Shown: positions 9,401-23,300, counted from the stretch's first letter. The stretch: DNA of 64,000 bases from Botryllus schlosseri (GCA_051294905.1 CM119372.1:22136001-22200000), one strand, 5' to 3'. Notes: generated by a model from the letters alone, not told the origin. Numbers and translations are program-made.

Positions 9401-12400
9401 ATCATTGACTGCTGTGAATAAGGTTGAATCAGTAGTATAGATAATGAGATGGCTTTCTTGAATTTTTGCCTCATTCTACTAACGCACTCAGTCAGTTGGT
9501 AAATATTTGGTTTGTGATGGAGCTAAAATTAGGGGCCCGCCTAACGCTTACGGATTTTGGTAAGGGTTCGTCAGGTTAGTAAAGATCAAGAACGTCTGTT
9601 GCATTGAATTAGAAAATTGATCATGTAAACAGACTGAAAGCGAATCACCTGAAGAGACACAAGTAGAGTAAAGCAACTGGAGCATTTGGCTTGGAATCGT
9701 TATCGCAATATATTTTGATCTCGACTACAGTACCTGTCAAGCATAGACGCAGAGCCTAGAAATGGATACTCCATGTCCTTCAATCGATTTTTCGCCAATT
9801 GTTCAATAATATCTTTGAGCAGAGGCGTGTGTTGTGTGTAAACATTTTCTACACCCTAAATAAAACATGTGCAATAAAAGCAAAAGAACAATAGTGGAAT
9901 CGACATAACCAGGGTACAATCGCACAGTTTCTTAGATATGCGCAGCATAAGCATAGTTGAGTGCCGCTTCATGATAGCAAAAAGCTCTTTACAGTTACGG
10001 ATTGCATAACAATATCATCAAATTCCTCATAAATATGACAAAGATTTGCTCCGGGTGTCTGTCTTCGAAGTTTAATGCTCTTACATAGACCCGGGAAGAC
10101 ATTAGACGTGGAAAACAGCTCGCTTATAAAGCCCGGAATATACGGTACAGATATCTGGTGACAGCTGTGCAGTGCAAAGCACAAACCTGAAGACCCTTGA
10201 AAAATTTCTTCGTAAAGGAAATAGCGTCCTTCGACCCGAAGATGTCGCTTGATCTCGCCGATGAACCTCCGTATTTTAAGAGAGCACTGATGAGCTGGAA
10301 ATATTTCGCTATTGAGAGTTTGGTGGAAGGGAAAAAATTTTCAGGTAGGCATGCCACGGGGCACAGGACGCCCTCACCTTTTTGCTACGTTGGTCCTTCG
10401 AATTGAGCTGGTCGATCAACGATGTGGTGGCGTTGTTCGTATGCGTTTCGTACCTCAGAGAATAGAGAGCGACTAATCGCATTGCGTCCAATGGCGATGT
10501 TTTGGGATCTCGGATTAATGCGCGCACGGTCTAAAACACAAACACCACCGCAGTGTTAGTCATAGTAAGATAAAAGTAAGTTTTTTTGGTGACTGAGCAT
10601 CACATGACAAATAGGCGGTCACAGTAGCCAAAAGTAGAAGTAACACCAAACATTTCTACTCAATTGCAAGCAGAAGTGGCCGAATGCCAAGTTCATCAGA
10701 CCTGAAGATAGCTTAATCACGACTGTGAAATTTGCCAAATAAAATCATCGATGGATCCGCTTTGAAAAGCAGAAATTATAATACGATTTCACCTGCAAAG
10801 CAGTGGCGTGTTCGTTCCTAGCGACGATATCCTGTTCGCATTCCGATATCTGCAGCAAGTTGCCCTTCGATACCATTCGCGACAGTTCGCCGATGAGAGT
10901 GACGTGCTTCGCAACCGTGCCGGACATCTTCTTAAATTGGGGATAATTCTCGACGAAAGACTATCGAAAAAGTCACCGCGTAAAACATTGGACACCGAGA
11001 TGGACCGGAAGCGGCCAACCTTCATATCGTCGATCGACTGAATTTTCTGAGTGCTCTTAGACTTTTCCTGGAAGGCCTGCATGAGTTCTTTGATGCTAGT
11101 ACCGATTTCACCGAAATTGTGATACATGTTCTTCGGTGGTTAGACGAGAAGTCAGAACAAGTCGTAACACGTATGAATTCAGGAGCATACTTACGTCGCA
11201 ATAGAACTGGTCGTGCAATTCGGACAAGACTACTTCGCGTAACTCTTTGCTAACACCCGGGACGTCTGATAGGTCAACGCGACCGTTGGAAATACCGAGA
11301 ATCTCGTGCACCATCGCTTGATATGTCCACTGTAAATTTTATATTACAATGGCTAAAATTGACACGGCTAAGGCGGGGTGTTTTTACTGACAAATACAAT
11401 CTGTCCACCTAGAATTATGTAGGTGCCAACTCAAGCATTGGCAAAATCAGTTGAACAGAGCTGACACAATACTCGCAATGTCGTGGCATTGCTGGATACG
11501 GAGAGTTCTATTGAGATTTTCAATTACGACAAACAGACCTGATTTAGTAAAGGCGTAACAGCGTCATTTCTTCTGTCCATGATTAGGAGGACTGGCGTTG
11601 AATCTGTCTTTCTGAAGTCAAACAGAGATGCCTCCTTTGTTATCACTAGCTGGAAAGAAACAGGATCAGCAAGTTACCATGGGCACATTACTCTGAAGAT
11701 GCAAATTAACACTAAACAAGTGAACATTCAATACAAATCCTAATTATTTTTATGGAATATGTATGCAGAACGAAACATAAAAGACAGTACCTACCTAATA
11801 TGAAACATCACCAGAACTGGGGTTATGTGAATAAAATATTGAGTTAATCACCAATTATCCAATAATGGCAACACATATCGATAGGTGTCCAGGCATCTCA
11901 AATCTCAATACCTTCACGTTCTCTGCTAGTCGTTTTGCCATTTGAGAATTATGTTGGTACCGGATCACAGGACATTTTTTCAGAGCAAGAAGAACCGATG
12001 AGACAGCACGACACGCTCTTTGCAGATGATCCGGAGACCACGTAAAGCCCTGAGAAATTGATCAGATCAAGTGAGATTCATCGAAGAATCTATTTTCAAC
12101 AATCAGTAAATTGTATAATATCAGGTAACAAAAAGATTGATAAAGTGCAAAACCTCACAGCTCCATTCATCATTTCAAGTTTGCATTTAACAATGTGATC
12201 AGCAATAATATATACATATTAGGGTTGTCCAAAATTTGGAAAATCTCAAAAATGATGGATATCAAAGTCTCATTCTATAAATTATTGATAAAAACACCAA
12301 TGAGCCTACAACAAGTTAAAATGAAAGTCTTTAAGATTTGTCGCAAAGCGTTTGAAAGTAGCTACCAACGAGCGGGCGTGCCAGCGACCATAGAGCCGCA

Positions 12401-14636
12401 ACTAGTAATCACGAATTCACAGCTCTTGATTGGCTAATCGGCTATGCTTCAATGATCACGATGGTGGTTGCTTGCTGATTAGTTGTTAAAGGAGGCTGCT
12501 AACGACGATGATTCTGTAAGTGCATTGTAGGTTGTGGGCAGATAATGATTTAAGATCAATTCAGGACATGTTGAGAAATACATGATGATGACCAAACAGC
12601 AGCTGCTTCACATAAACTTTTAAAGCATGACGGGCTTATTGTGAAACAAAACCCCCATAGACTACATGCCTGTTTTGACCGAGGGAAAGCACAGAAAACG
12701 CAGATAAATACTTCAAAGGCGCTAATGCAAGTAGCAAACGAATTTCTCGTTTGAGAAGGGATGCATCATCATTGAATACAAATATAAAGCTTAACAATGA
12801 CACTACTTTGTCTGATCTTATTAGTAGGGACATTTTTATATGACCTCAAAAAATCAATAATATGACTTTATTTTTTGGAAAAGATGACTTTATATGAAAC
12901 TCGTGTATTTTTACATACAAACAACGTCACTCACGGAACTAAAGAGCAAAACATACGCAACATAAAAGTACTACACATCAATCTTTTATTTCAAACCACT
13001 GTTGTGCTACAGTCTCATGTAGTGTGGAATGTTAGAGTCTTTGTAGTTATGATTTGGACATAAAAATGACTTTAGTAAGGAAAATAAGCGCTCCACATAC
13101 GCTGATGCGGGTTGACGAAATATGACTTTATAACTTACTCAATATACCTCATAGGGATGCGGTTTTTGCATTAAAATTGATTTCACAACTTACTGATGCA
13201 CAGAAAAAAATATGACTTTAATGACTTTAAATGGCCCTACTTATTAGGCTCCAGTCGAGATGAACAGAATCAAGATTTGGATTCTAACCGGACAGGAATC
13301 CGGCATGTTTTTTACGAACAGGATCGGCTCCGGATCCAAATTTCCTGCCCGAGAGGTATCCAAGAAGCACCAGGTATAGGCCAACCACATTGATAAATTG
13401 CATTTGGGTGACTGGGATTACATTGTAAAATAAAAAAATTTAAATGCAACTCTCACCTTGGAGCAATTGGGCATATTGATTGAGAATAGATGAGGCGATG
13501 CCGCAATATAATCGGCATAAAACTCGTGGACATCTTGCACTACTTCATGTTCGTCACTTTCCGCTATTGTTTTCAAATCAACTTTGCTCAGAAAATGCGT
13601 GAAATCTAGATACAATACCAATGGGGTCAGTTGAAGGAATCATTGGTTACGCATGGGTAAGGACCACTCACAAAGATAGTACTGCGCATATTTCGGATGG
13701 TGCAATTCCTGCGCGATGAGACGGACATTTTCCTGCAAAAAAAATGAAGTACAATTACGATTTCTCAATGCTTCACAACACGCATACCTCCGTCGGCCTG
13801 ACGAAAACAAGAGCTTTGAGAGTTTTAAGGGGATCCCTTTTCTGTGAATCGATTCTTTCAAAGACATATACTTGACGCTGCAAGATTTCTGACTGAGCAT
13901 ATGCCATGCTTACAATGCTGGTCTGTAATGGTAATAAATGCAGAGCAATGTGAGAAATGAACATCAAGAGCTATAAAAACAAGAAAGATTAAATAACAAT
14001 GTCAAAATAGTTCATAGGTAGGGTGAAGTAAGCAGTTGCGGGCCACTGCAAAATCATGAGTCTGGGATATCAGTTAGGCCTACTTGCCTTGCTCTATGAT
14101 TGTGAAATTATGCCCACAGTCTAACTCACGCCACTTCCAGGTATAAAGCTTTCATTTTAGATCAAGAATATAAATTTTGAAAATGAACAACATCAATGCA
14201 AGTGTGATGATAGGCGTCTATAAATTGATTACTAAATGTTAATAATGTCAGATAAGGAGGCTTTGTAGATGTATCAACTTCCTCACGAAAAAATGCTGCT
14301 ATGTGGCTTTGAGCTTTCAAACGAGTTGTTTTTGTTGGCATTGTTGACAGATGTTTTCAACTGGGAACCGAATGTTGGCAGCATACAGTTTAGCTTTCAA
14401 CTTTTCATTGATAGCAAACAGGCAAATTTTTAGGCCTAGTGGTCCTACTAGACAGGCGTGATGCTGTTGCTGTGTGACGTGCGCTTGGTTGGCATATTAA
14501 GCATGTGTGTGTGTACGGTATGCGAAAATACAAAAGGACTTACAGTTTCTTTATCCATCAGCAGCATTTTCATTCCTTGACCGGAATCGTCAATCATCTT
14601 TGCGATGTATTTTTTAACCGCCAATACCACATTCAT
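6458..14636 (-). CDS. VPS45: Vacuolar protein sorting 45 (Sec1/Munc18 family), 14 coding exons
   Basis: Exons 14636-14544, 13922-13788, 13732-13672, 13605-13457, 12049-11912, 11649-11539, 11329-11195, 11130-11020, 10960-10793, 10530-10378, 10294-10187, 9855-9734, 6757-6626 and 6524-6458, all GT-AG and in phase. Motifs: [66 protein letters not shown]. Confidence 0.95.
6854..8177. mobile_element. Compound/internally deleted hAT-like DNA transposon in a VPS45 intron
   Basis: 22-bp TIR CAGGCCGTGTTATTTTTGGCAT. 8-bp TSD GATATCAC (6846-6853, 8178-8185). A second internal left end starts at 8063. Transposase remnant on the minus strand. Confidence 0.9.
7202..7720 (-). pseudogene. Degenerate transposase C-terminal (hAT dimerisation-like) fragment
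   Basis: Minus-strand translation [55 protein letters not shown], preceded by [11 protein letters not shown]. Contains stops and frameshifts. Confidence 0.65.
8178..9224. repeat. Degenerate ~41-bp tandem array bounded by imperfect inverted ends, interrupted by a hAT element
   Basis: Unit approximately TCAAGTTTGTCTAGCACTCAGGTATCATGTCTGGAGTGTGT at ~8200-8322 and ~8951-9165. TATCACTCAG at 8180 mirrors CTGAGTGATA at ~9214. Confidence 0.55.
8326..8950. mobile_element. Non-autonomous Buster/Charlie-type hAT element
   Basis: Starts CAGTGGTTCATAAAC and ends TGAGAATACCTG. Near-perfect TSD GTCTAGGG/GTCTAGGC (8318-8325, 8951-8958). Confidence 0.6.
9280..9598. mobile_element. Decayed Charlie/Buster-type MITE
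   Basis: Termini CAGTAGTTCTTAACC ... AAGATCAAGAACGTCTG with GGGTTCG subterminal motifs. TSD not recognisable. Confidence 0.5.
12220..13239. mobile_element. Probable decayed hAT MITE with ATGACTTT subterminal repeats
   Basis: TAGGGTTGTCC start and TGGCCCTA end. Repeated ATGACTTT motifs at 12860-13230. TSD unclear. Confidence 0.4.
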
Positions 14637-14842
14637 GATCGCTAACCAGCTTGAAAACTACTGGTTCTATCTCTTCTCGTGGTGGTATATATTCAAGTCA
14701 TCCAGAACAAATTTGCCAACAGCTCAGTCACCAATGTAAAAGAAGAGAATTGCCAGTAACCTAAAATCTATAGGTATAGGTTCTAATCCTGAGGTACAGA
14801 AATAAAACACTTTCAAAAACTGCAGTCCAGTTGACAGATTAT

Positions 14843-15345
14843 CAGGGTTGTAATGACTCGACTCGAGTCACGATTTTCGGATGACTCGTCTCGAGTCATT
14901 TTCTCAAAATACGGAAATGACTCGACTCGAGTCAATCCGTGTATTGACTCGACTTGGACTCGAGTCATTGCGCATGACTCGAAGCAAGTCATTGACTCGA
15001 GATTCAGACGGCCAAGACCGACATTTCATTGTCATTTCGAAGCCAACACACTATTGGGATTTCGTTTGTTGGTACTGGTGCTTGAAAATGCGACCAGAAA
15101 CTGCTAAAAGTGAGGAAAAATGATATAATATAATTGATATAAATGCGAACCATTCAATATCACCAAACAGAGTTAAAAAAAGTGGATTTAGGAAGACTTT
15201 AACTGGAAACTGAGCAGTCATCACAATGACTTGGACTCGGACTTGACTCGGTGGGAATTGAAAATGACTCGACTTGACTCGAGTCAAAAATATAAAAGTG
15301 AGATTGACTTGTGACTCGGTGCCTTGTGACTTGGTTACAACCCTG
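14843..15345. mobile_element. hAT MITE (GACTCG-repeat family), 503 bp
   Basis: TIR CAGGGTTGTAA. Perfect 8-bp TSD CAGATTAT (14835-14842, 15346-15353). Dense GACTCG/CGAGTC subterminal repeats. Confidence 0.95.
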
Positions 15346-16049
15346 CAGATTATTTATTAATATAGATGAGGAATCAGATGCAATCGAATGTGAATATTCT
15401 GCCTGTTAATCGGTAATTAGACTTATTAGAGCGAAATCCCGCCATCTTCCTATGCTCTCATTTTCATTCTAATCTAATCTCTCGTCCTCTAAATGCAGCA
15501 TATACAGCAACAGCAGAACTGTCTAATGCGAAACAAGCCAGGCTTGCTGCACAGCCATTGGCTATTCAGCCTATTCTCATGCTTATGAGAATGAACTATA
15601 TTATTTGATATGAACTAAACTTGATTCAATGCCCACCATTGCCCAAGTTTTCGCGAATTCTAATGGTAATTGCTAACCTAGTTTGGAATAGCTGATAAGT
15701 TTCTAGTCGTCCAAGTCTGTTTTCGAGGTTAATGAAGGCTTCAACGCGGTATTCTGCCTAGTAGTAATCGACAATGAGCGCACACACATTCATATATTCC
15801 AACCAAGCGTACATTTGCTGGAAGATCTGTTTATGTTTCGTTTCGAGTGAACGACAACCCTCTCCCATTATATACTTTTTGACAACAATCGCTCTCACGA
15901 CTAGGCCGCTGTAGCCGTTCCGGTTCATTGAAATATTTTCATCTTCCACCATCACCGTTTCCAGGAGAGAGGCTGCATCTGTATAGCTAAGTGATGGTTA
16001 TTCGCATCCACATTGAGTGCGAACACATCCATGACACAATTCCACGGAA

Positions 16050-16157
16050 CCGATATATTTGTCTGATCGCTTATAAGGCTTGTGGTGGTTGGCATCTCAG
16101 TATTGTGGTGTTTGAATTAATGGACATATTTAAATAAAGCTGAACTTGAACTTGAAC
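16050..16157 (+). repeat. Probable non-LTR retroposon 3' tail
   Basis: AATAAA immediately followed by a (TGAACT)3-like microsatellite tail at 16134-16157. Confidence 0.45.
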
Positions 16158-16189
16158 TAGGCTCATTTCATACTTTTCCTTGTTATTTC

Positions 16190-16741
16190 TAGGGCTGGGC
16201 AAAATGATTCGAGTACTCGAATCTGAATCGAGTAGTAATTTTAATGATTCGAGTCGAGTAGTAAAAGACGTTTTTTTCGAGTACTGAAATTATACGGTCC
16301 TCGCAACTGAAAGTCAATTTACTGAGGAGAATTATAGTTTTGATATTATTTTCCACTGAGGAAGCCGTGAAACCATAGCAATTTACAACGTTGTAAATTG
16401 CTATGGTGAAACCTTGATTGGCCGTGTTCCAGCACACCAGGCACAGTTGAAAGCTACGAACGTTACTGGAAATAACACATTTACGAAGTCATTATCATCC
16501 ACCAAAATTGTTAAGAAGTGCAATGAAATTGGTATGGTCGAAAAAATACCAAAGTATCTTTAATGTGATGGATAACAGGCATTACGTTCTTTGTGGTGGC
16601 ATATAAGGTTCATATTTGGACTTCGACATAGTACATCCTGCTGTGACGTCATAATGAGTGATACTCGATTACTCGACTCGACTCGAAGCATAACGTGATT
16701 CAGAACCGAATAACTCAGGTACTCGATTTTGCCAAGCCCTA
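16190..16741. mobile_element. hAT MITE (TAGGGC-TIR, ACTCGA-repeat family)
   Basis: TAGGGCTGGGCAAAAT ... ATTTTGCCAAGCCCTA. Perfect TSD GTTATTTC (16182-16189, 16742-16749). An inverted family member lies at 25070-25597. Confidence 0.93.
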
Positions 16742-17111
16742 GTTATTTCTCATTTAGGGCTAATCATCCATATTTTGCATGCTTTTCTAGTTCTGATTTG
16801 TTTTATTAGTATTTTCATCTATATTAAACACAATATTACGATAACATGCAAAGATAGGAAGGTGATGAAACGACTTGTAGTAGTCTTTCAGTCAGACACC
16901 CACTTGGGCCTAAAACGTTAATAAGAGGCACGCGCAGTTGCGCACATTGCACATTGTATGCAAAGTAACTGAAGATAAAAATAAACAGTATCAGTTTATA
17001 ACAATGATATATGGAGTAATCAATAATCTCATTTCAAAACATCACAAGACTGCGATTCAATGAAAAGGTTTGGAGTAGTGTTTGAAATCAGACACTCACT
17101 TGGGTCTAGGC

Positions 17112-19584
17112 CAGGGGTTCTCAAAGGGTGGGCCATGGCCCACTGGTGGGCCACAAGAGCATTTGAGGTGGGCCACAGAGCTATTTGGAAAATTTTAGAA
17201 ATAATGTGAGTTTAGTAATATTTGTTGTGTTAATCGCTAAAAAATAAATTCATATTAGTTGATTATACGCAGAGGTGGTCAGTAACGAAGTACTTCTACT
17301 TTTTCGAAGTACTCAAGTAGTTTTCCTCTACTTCTGGTACTTACTCAAGTAGATCTGATTTTCGCTACTTCTACTTCTACTTCTTAATATTTTGTGATCT
17401 ACTTAGTTACTTTTCGCTATTTTCAGTTTGTCAAGTAGAAGTAGTTCAATCTTCCAATCAGGAAGATAGCCTGGGGAATTTCGGAGCCGTTTTCACGGAG
17501 TATTAACATTAGTTTAGTAAAGCACAGAATTTTCGTCGCGCTTCGCGCGCAGTGGATACGGAGTGGCCAGTATGATTTCACGAAATTATCGGTGAATATA
17601 ATTTAGGTGGAGGGTTGGCGTGGTTCCGTTCACACCACATTGTCGCCCTTCGTCCATGAAATAATTCATCACAGTATATATGGCTCATCATAACGTTTGA
17701 AACTGATGTTTCGCAATCCAGCATTTTTTGTCATATCGTAATCTAGCATATATATGTCCATGGCGTGTCCTAATCTGGAAGAGTGTTTTAGCATACCACC
17801 TTTGAAACTTTCTGGACTAAAAACATGAAATACATATTCTGCTTTTAGAAGTAGTATTTATATTTTTCTTTCAATTCTCAGTATCATATACTTTGAGTTA
17901 TAATTAATATCAGTTCTTTTGTCCGAATAACATACATGTTGAAGTATAAAAGCAAGCGCAGTAATGCCTTTAATTTCTGGAAATTAAGCTACACAATATG
18001 GCATTTTTACGGTCCACCATATTTTTTATTAACGTTTACTAATCGCGCAAAGTGTTTACACCGTATCCTATACAACTTCTCCATATTGCTTTTCGACTAA
18101 ACTACGGGCCTTATAGGGGGATGGCGCCATACCATGCTATTTTCCAAAACGCTTTGTTTGAGAAAACAGAGGATTAGTATCGCATTTCCTTATCAAAACT
18201 ATCATTTTCACCCCATGATGTGGACGAATGCTTATGCTATCGAAAATTGGATACCTGCTCTGGTATGCATCAATATGAATCAAGCTCGTCACCTATCACA
18301 TAGCTCAATTTGCACCTTTTTATAATCCATCCAATCAGGATCGTTTTCACAACTACTTACTTACTTGAGCACTTTTAAAGTCAGTCAATTCTACTTCTAC
18401 TTCAAGTAGTTTTAGGTTGCTCATGAAAGAAGTACTTCTACTTGTACTTGAGTAGATTTTTTCGTCGCTACTTCTACTTCTACTTGAGTAGTTTTCTTGA
18501 CTACTTTGACCACCTCTGATTATACGTAGGCTACGTAAAGCTTTTCATCCGACTCTGATGACACGTAGTAGTACGTATGGAGTCCGCATTTCAAGTCGAA
18601 TATGGGAGGCAGAAACGGTGGGTTTTTCCACTGGCTATGACTACCTATGTCTAACAGCAACTAAAATAATGTCGCGTATGTAATACCTGGAAGGTAATGC
18701 CGAAGTAACCAAGTATTTCGGCACGGTCATAATAATGTCGTATGCCGTTGAAAGGGGTGTGCAATAAACTCGGAATGAAGTGTAATTGATGTATAGATTT
18801 ACTTGACTTCGGCAAGTCGTATTATTGTAAGTTAAAAATGGCCATAACTGAAAATTATCAGCAACTTCAGGTGGAGGTATACTGCACCACCGCAACGAAT
18901 AGTAATGGATTGAGGATTCAGCGGAGCGCATTAATATTTGGAGTCTGTTTAAAATGTCATGCCTGGAAATCAATGTACATAATGTAAGAGTCACATGAAT
19001 TGATAGTATCACTGGATTGAATATTCCGACATCGCAACTTCAGTTGGTTCAGTACGTGACATACAATGTACATTGTACGGCATGCATAAAAGAAAAATTT
19101 TCTCCAGTCCTCTGTAGTACCCCATTCACCAATGAATTGTTTGAAGGTGGCCCAGAATGATTATACTATTCCCCTCAATAGTGGAACTAAAAGCCCAATC
19201 ACGCAGTGTATGCGGGAATCCGATCATTGCGTTTCGCGAAGCGAATGGAGCAGCGGACGATCATAAAATACTCAGAGAAGTTTTAGCATATGATCTACCA
19301 GAGCCGTAACTGCCGCCCCCAAACCCTCAATCGCGGGAGCTAAAAGGGGCCCATGATTATTTCGTTGGTCGTTTGTTGGGAGATATTCATTCAACTTGAT
19401 ATGCCTCGATATGTTTATATTTCAATTTCATCAGTAAATAAGGAGAAAAATGCGCATATTTTAGAGAAATAGGCATATCGGCGCCGTCGATTACCACGCA
19501 TTGAACAGGATTATGATTTTAAGATTAGAGGTGGGCCACAGCACAATTTCAAACCGGAAAATGGGCCATGGCCAAGAACCCCTG
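17112..19584. mobile_element. Buster/Charlie-type non-autonomous hAT element containing a nested hAT element
   Basis: TIR CAGGGGTTCT with GTGGGCCA subterminal motifs. Perfect TSD GTCTAGGC (17104-17111, 19585-19592). Confidence 0.92.
17270..18518. mobile_element. Non-autonomous hAT element (CAGAGGTGGTCA TIR), 1249 bp, nested
   Basis: 12-bp TIR. Perfect TSD ATTATACG (17262-17269, 18519-18526). TACTT-rich subterminal repeats. Decayed relatives at 1-653, ~27937-28550, ~50090-50220, ~54755-54850 and ~57040-57152. Confidence 0.95.
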
Positions 19585-20344
19585 GTCTAGGCGATGTAAA
19601 TAAGGGGCATGCACGCACATGGATGAAAGGAAACACGTTCAGAGTTGGCTTTCAAGGTCTTGACGATGTCCAGTTCAGAAGGACAAGCGATGAAAATGAA
19701 GTGTTATATGGCGGTACGCAGGTGAAGTCACTTGGGTCAGATCGAGGTCCGGTGACAGCGAGCACTTATATCATTATCTGTGGGACAAGATCACACAGTC
19801 AGCTATATTTATGATTTTCCTCAGCTCAAGACACGCAATATACGATGCGATACACAAGGCAAAACGCTATGTAATGAACATACGTCCAAACGACCAAGTA
19901 CGGTCTAGCAATCCAACGCTATGCCCAGCTCTTTCCATCAAGTTTCTTACGTTCGTCTTCCACCTTCTACAGTATACATCCCTGAAAGGATCTCATCAAG
20001 ACTCCGCAAAAACAGCGACAGAAAGCTATTTCAATTCGTTTCTACTCTTTCCTGTCTTCTCATTGTCCTTATATTCATTAATTCACCAACTGATATTTTC
20101 TATTTATATCTATCTTTTCTAATAGCCCTGATTGCAACCAGGTTACATTAAAAGATGGCGGAGATAATTGTATGGTGGTGATGTAGGCTTCCGATTCTTT
20201 TCCTAGACATGAATGTGAAAGCGAAAACTTGCATAACATATTTTTCTCAAAATCCAGTACCAAAAATAAAAATGTATTCAACGGAACGAACAGTGAATGC
20301 TAAATATCTGCATAAAGCGCGATAATGAACACGCACATTTGAAG

Positions 20345-23300
20345 TTACGATTTCTCCAAGTGGTGAAGTAAACTAAATAAAGGCTTATTATGGAAACATT
20401 TAACTTCAAATATGCTTTCAACATTTTGTTTTTTGATCCCCAGACAATTCTCCAATACAGATGAATGCACAGGCGTGGAGGTCGATATACGAACAGCTTC
20501 AGCCTGAAAACATAAATCAGATTTGGTAATCTTCACACAACCAGAGGTTGTCTAAATAGTCTTTCTTTTAGAAATAGCTAATTTCAAACCATAATCATAA
20601 TACTTCAAGTACAGCTATATAAAAAATGTCTGAGAAGTACTCAAAAAAGTTATCTAAAGTAGATTGGATTAGGAGCCACATACTTTTGTTGGTCTATCGC
20701 CACTGACAGGTTTTAACATTGCATAATGTGTCCTTGCACTAACTGACAGTAATGCGAAGCTATTGAAATTACTTGACAAAACCTAAACGTGAAAAGTAAG
20801 TAGTTTGGCTTCATAGAAATTGTAGAGTTAGAAGTGGTAGTAGTACAAACCCAACCAAGAACTTCAAAAAAGCTGTATTTTGTTTCTCCCCACCTCTGCA
20901 CAATACCATATCTTACATACTGTGTGCAATGCACAGTTGACCAGAACAGCAGGATATATAAGAGCATGTTATGCAAGGTATCTACCTTACGCAATTAACA
21001 AGAATTCGTGCAGGATGCAATCGACACCATAATATTGTATAACGTGAGAATGGGTTCTTTGGTCAAATGCAGAACGACTTTAATACCATTGCAATAGAGG
21101 AGTGACGTGACACTTAGAGTCACTGGGAGTTCTTCGATATTTATACAATTGGGCAAACGACGCCTCAAAATCTAATCCACTTATCCTGGATTTTATGATT
21201 AGAGCACAGTTCCACCTAATGGTAGGGAGATTGGGTCAGTGATTCGCCTCCATGCAGAGAGACAACTAGGAAACATTGTTATGTCTCATTCAAGTGCCAA
21301 TAGTATGTTATTGCCCACCCTGATTGCAATATAATGATATGACAAGTTTGGATATGATATAGCGTAACAGTAAAATATAAATAGATTTGACCTGTAAATA
21401 TTGTACTGTTTTGAAAGGACGCGATTCCGTGACGCTCAAGTCTGAAGTAGTTCCGATCTTGTGTAAAATCTCCTTGAGATCACCAATATTGAGGTAAGGT
21501 ACGACGCTAGACATCTCCAGCACGCGAAGGTAATCTGTTGAATGAAGCATGAGACTTTTAACGAAATCTATACGTTGATGTTGGCAGTTAGGTGGTAGTC
21601 AATAGACTTCGTCATTACAATCCGAGTCTAACATAAGCCGCATTATAAATTATTTACAGCGATATGTCAATAAATTCAAGAACTACTACCTGGGTATGAT
21701 ACCACTTGGAAACCATTCTTTAAAATTCGGTCATCTTCAATTTCAAAATCCGACAGACCAGAATCTGTACTCGACTTCCTCACAACTTCCAGTCCAGTCA
21801 ATTCCTTGAATGATAGATTTGTAGTATATATGTCAATGGGATCTGGCAGCCGTCTTCTTGAAACTGAGTGACTCTCCATTAGGCTGTAAAACAAGGTTTT
21901 CAATCTCAACTTGAGTCGTGGACTGGACTCAAATCATTCGCTTGCGGGCTGGACCAGTCAAGTCATGCCAAAAGGCTACCTCCAAATCTATACCTTTTTC
22001 AGATAAATTCTTCATTATTAAGTCTAATAGTAAGTGTTCTATTTGAGAGGATGTGAACGTTTTGAGCCAGTAGTTATATCGCAATGTCACCACTACGTTC
22101 GCTTCTGTGAATAACTACCTTTTAGTCTGTACCTTCTGAAAACTCTGAACCCAGTGTGAGCTTCTTTACCTTCTGAGAATTTGCATCTATGTCTCTCGGG
22201 GTAGTTATGTCCTCTTCTCTCGATACAATTTAAGTGTCCTCAGGGGACGCCCAAACGTTCTCTTTTTGCATGTTGTCCTCTTTTTTTTGATTTCAACAGA
22301 CTTTTAGGCGATCAGACAACGAAGACTAAAAAGTGGTCTATCCCACACAAGCTATTGGCTAAAAAAATGGCTGACTCTTGAACTCCAACTTACTTGGTGA
22401 ATATTTTCATCTCTTGAAGACGTAAAATATTGACGAGGTATAGGGCTTTACAAGTACCATCAAACACAACACCCCCTTTAACATCTTTCAACAAACCAAC
22501 CGACGTAAAACACGGATCCTTCTGAAAGGGACAGTTATAAAACATAAATCTGATCCCTACAAATATTGCCACATGCAAAGTACAACCTCAATACCCGCCC
22601 GTTCCATCGAGAAATTTTTTTTCACAGAATCAAAATCAAACTTCAATGTCCTCTCCTGACCGTCGAAATATTTATGAGTAGGAAACGTGTTGTTCGTCCT
22701 CGCCGTATCTTGCGACGATGTATCCATAGGACGGTTTTCTTTGTCAGTTTTCGAAATCCAATTTGCAATTGAGGGGGTCCTATATCCAACAGGCCTCCGG
22801 CAGCTTGAGTCTTTCTGTGTGGATTTAGGAGTCGAACTGCACACGGGTGATGATGATATTCTCCAACTTGCAAGACTTTCATAACCAGATCGACTCTCCC
22901 TTGCAGAGTGCCTCTAAAAAGATCCTATTTTCGAGTAGTAGTCACTAGGAATTGGATTAATTTGCTTACCTTTCGTGAGGGTGTGGATGCATTGTTACCC
23001 CCTGAGGTTTTTGAAATCATGCTATGCCCGTCTCTATTAGATGGCCGCACTGAAGCCAAGACACAACACGTTTAAATTTCAATTCATAAATATCAATTGA
23101 AGTCCTATTACTTGGTAAAGATTCATCAAGAGACTTATTTCTTGCCAAATCCCGTACCAGAATCCCAACAGGTTCAATACACTCTCCATGTGAATCTACT
23201 GCTCTTCCTTTGCTCCACCATGCTGTACCAGGATGACCCACGCCTAAATTAAATGACTTGGCCTATGTATGTACCATATGCATTCAATCATATCCATCTA

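Noticed and set aside
18640..18870. Possible hATm-like transposase remnant (AVERGVQ motif) inside the 17112-19584 element
   Set aside because: Too degraded. A single short motif cannot be supported without a profile search.
20990..21265. Possible decayed duplicate of PMS1 C-terminal exons in the last intron ([16 protein letters not shown])
   Set aside because: Only short peptide resemblances in different frames with little DNA identity, so likely chance.
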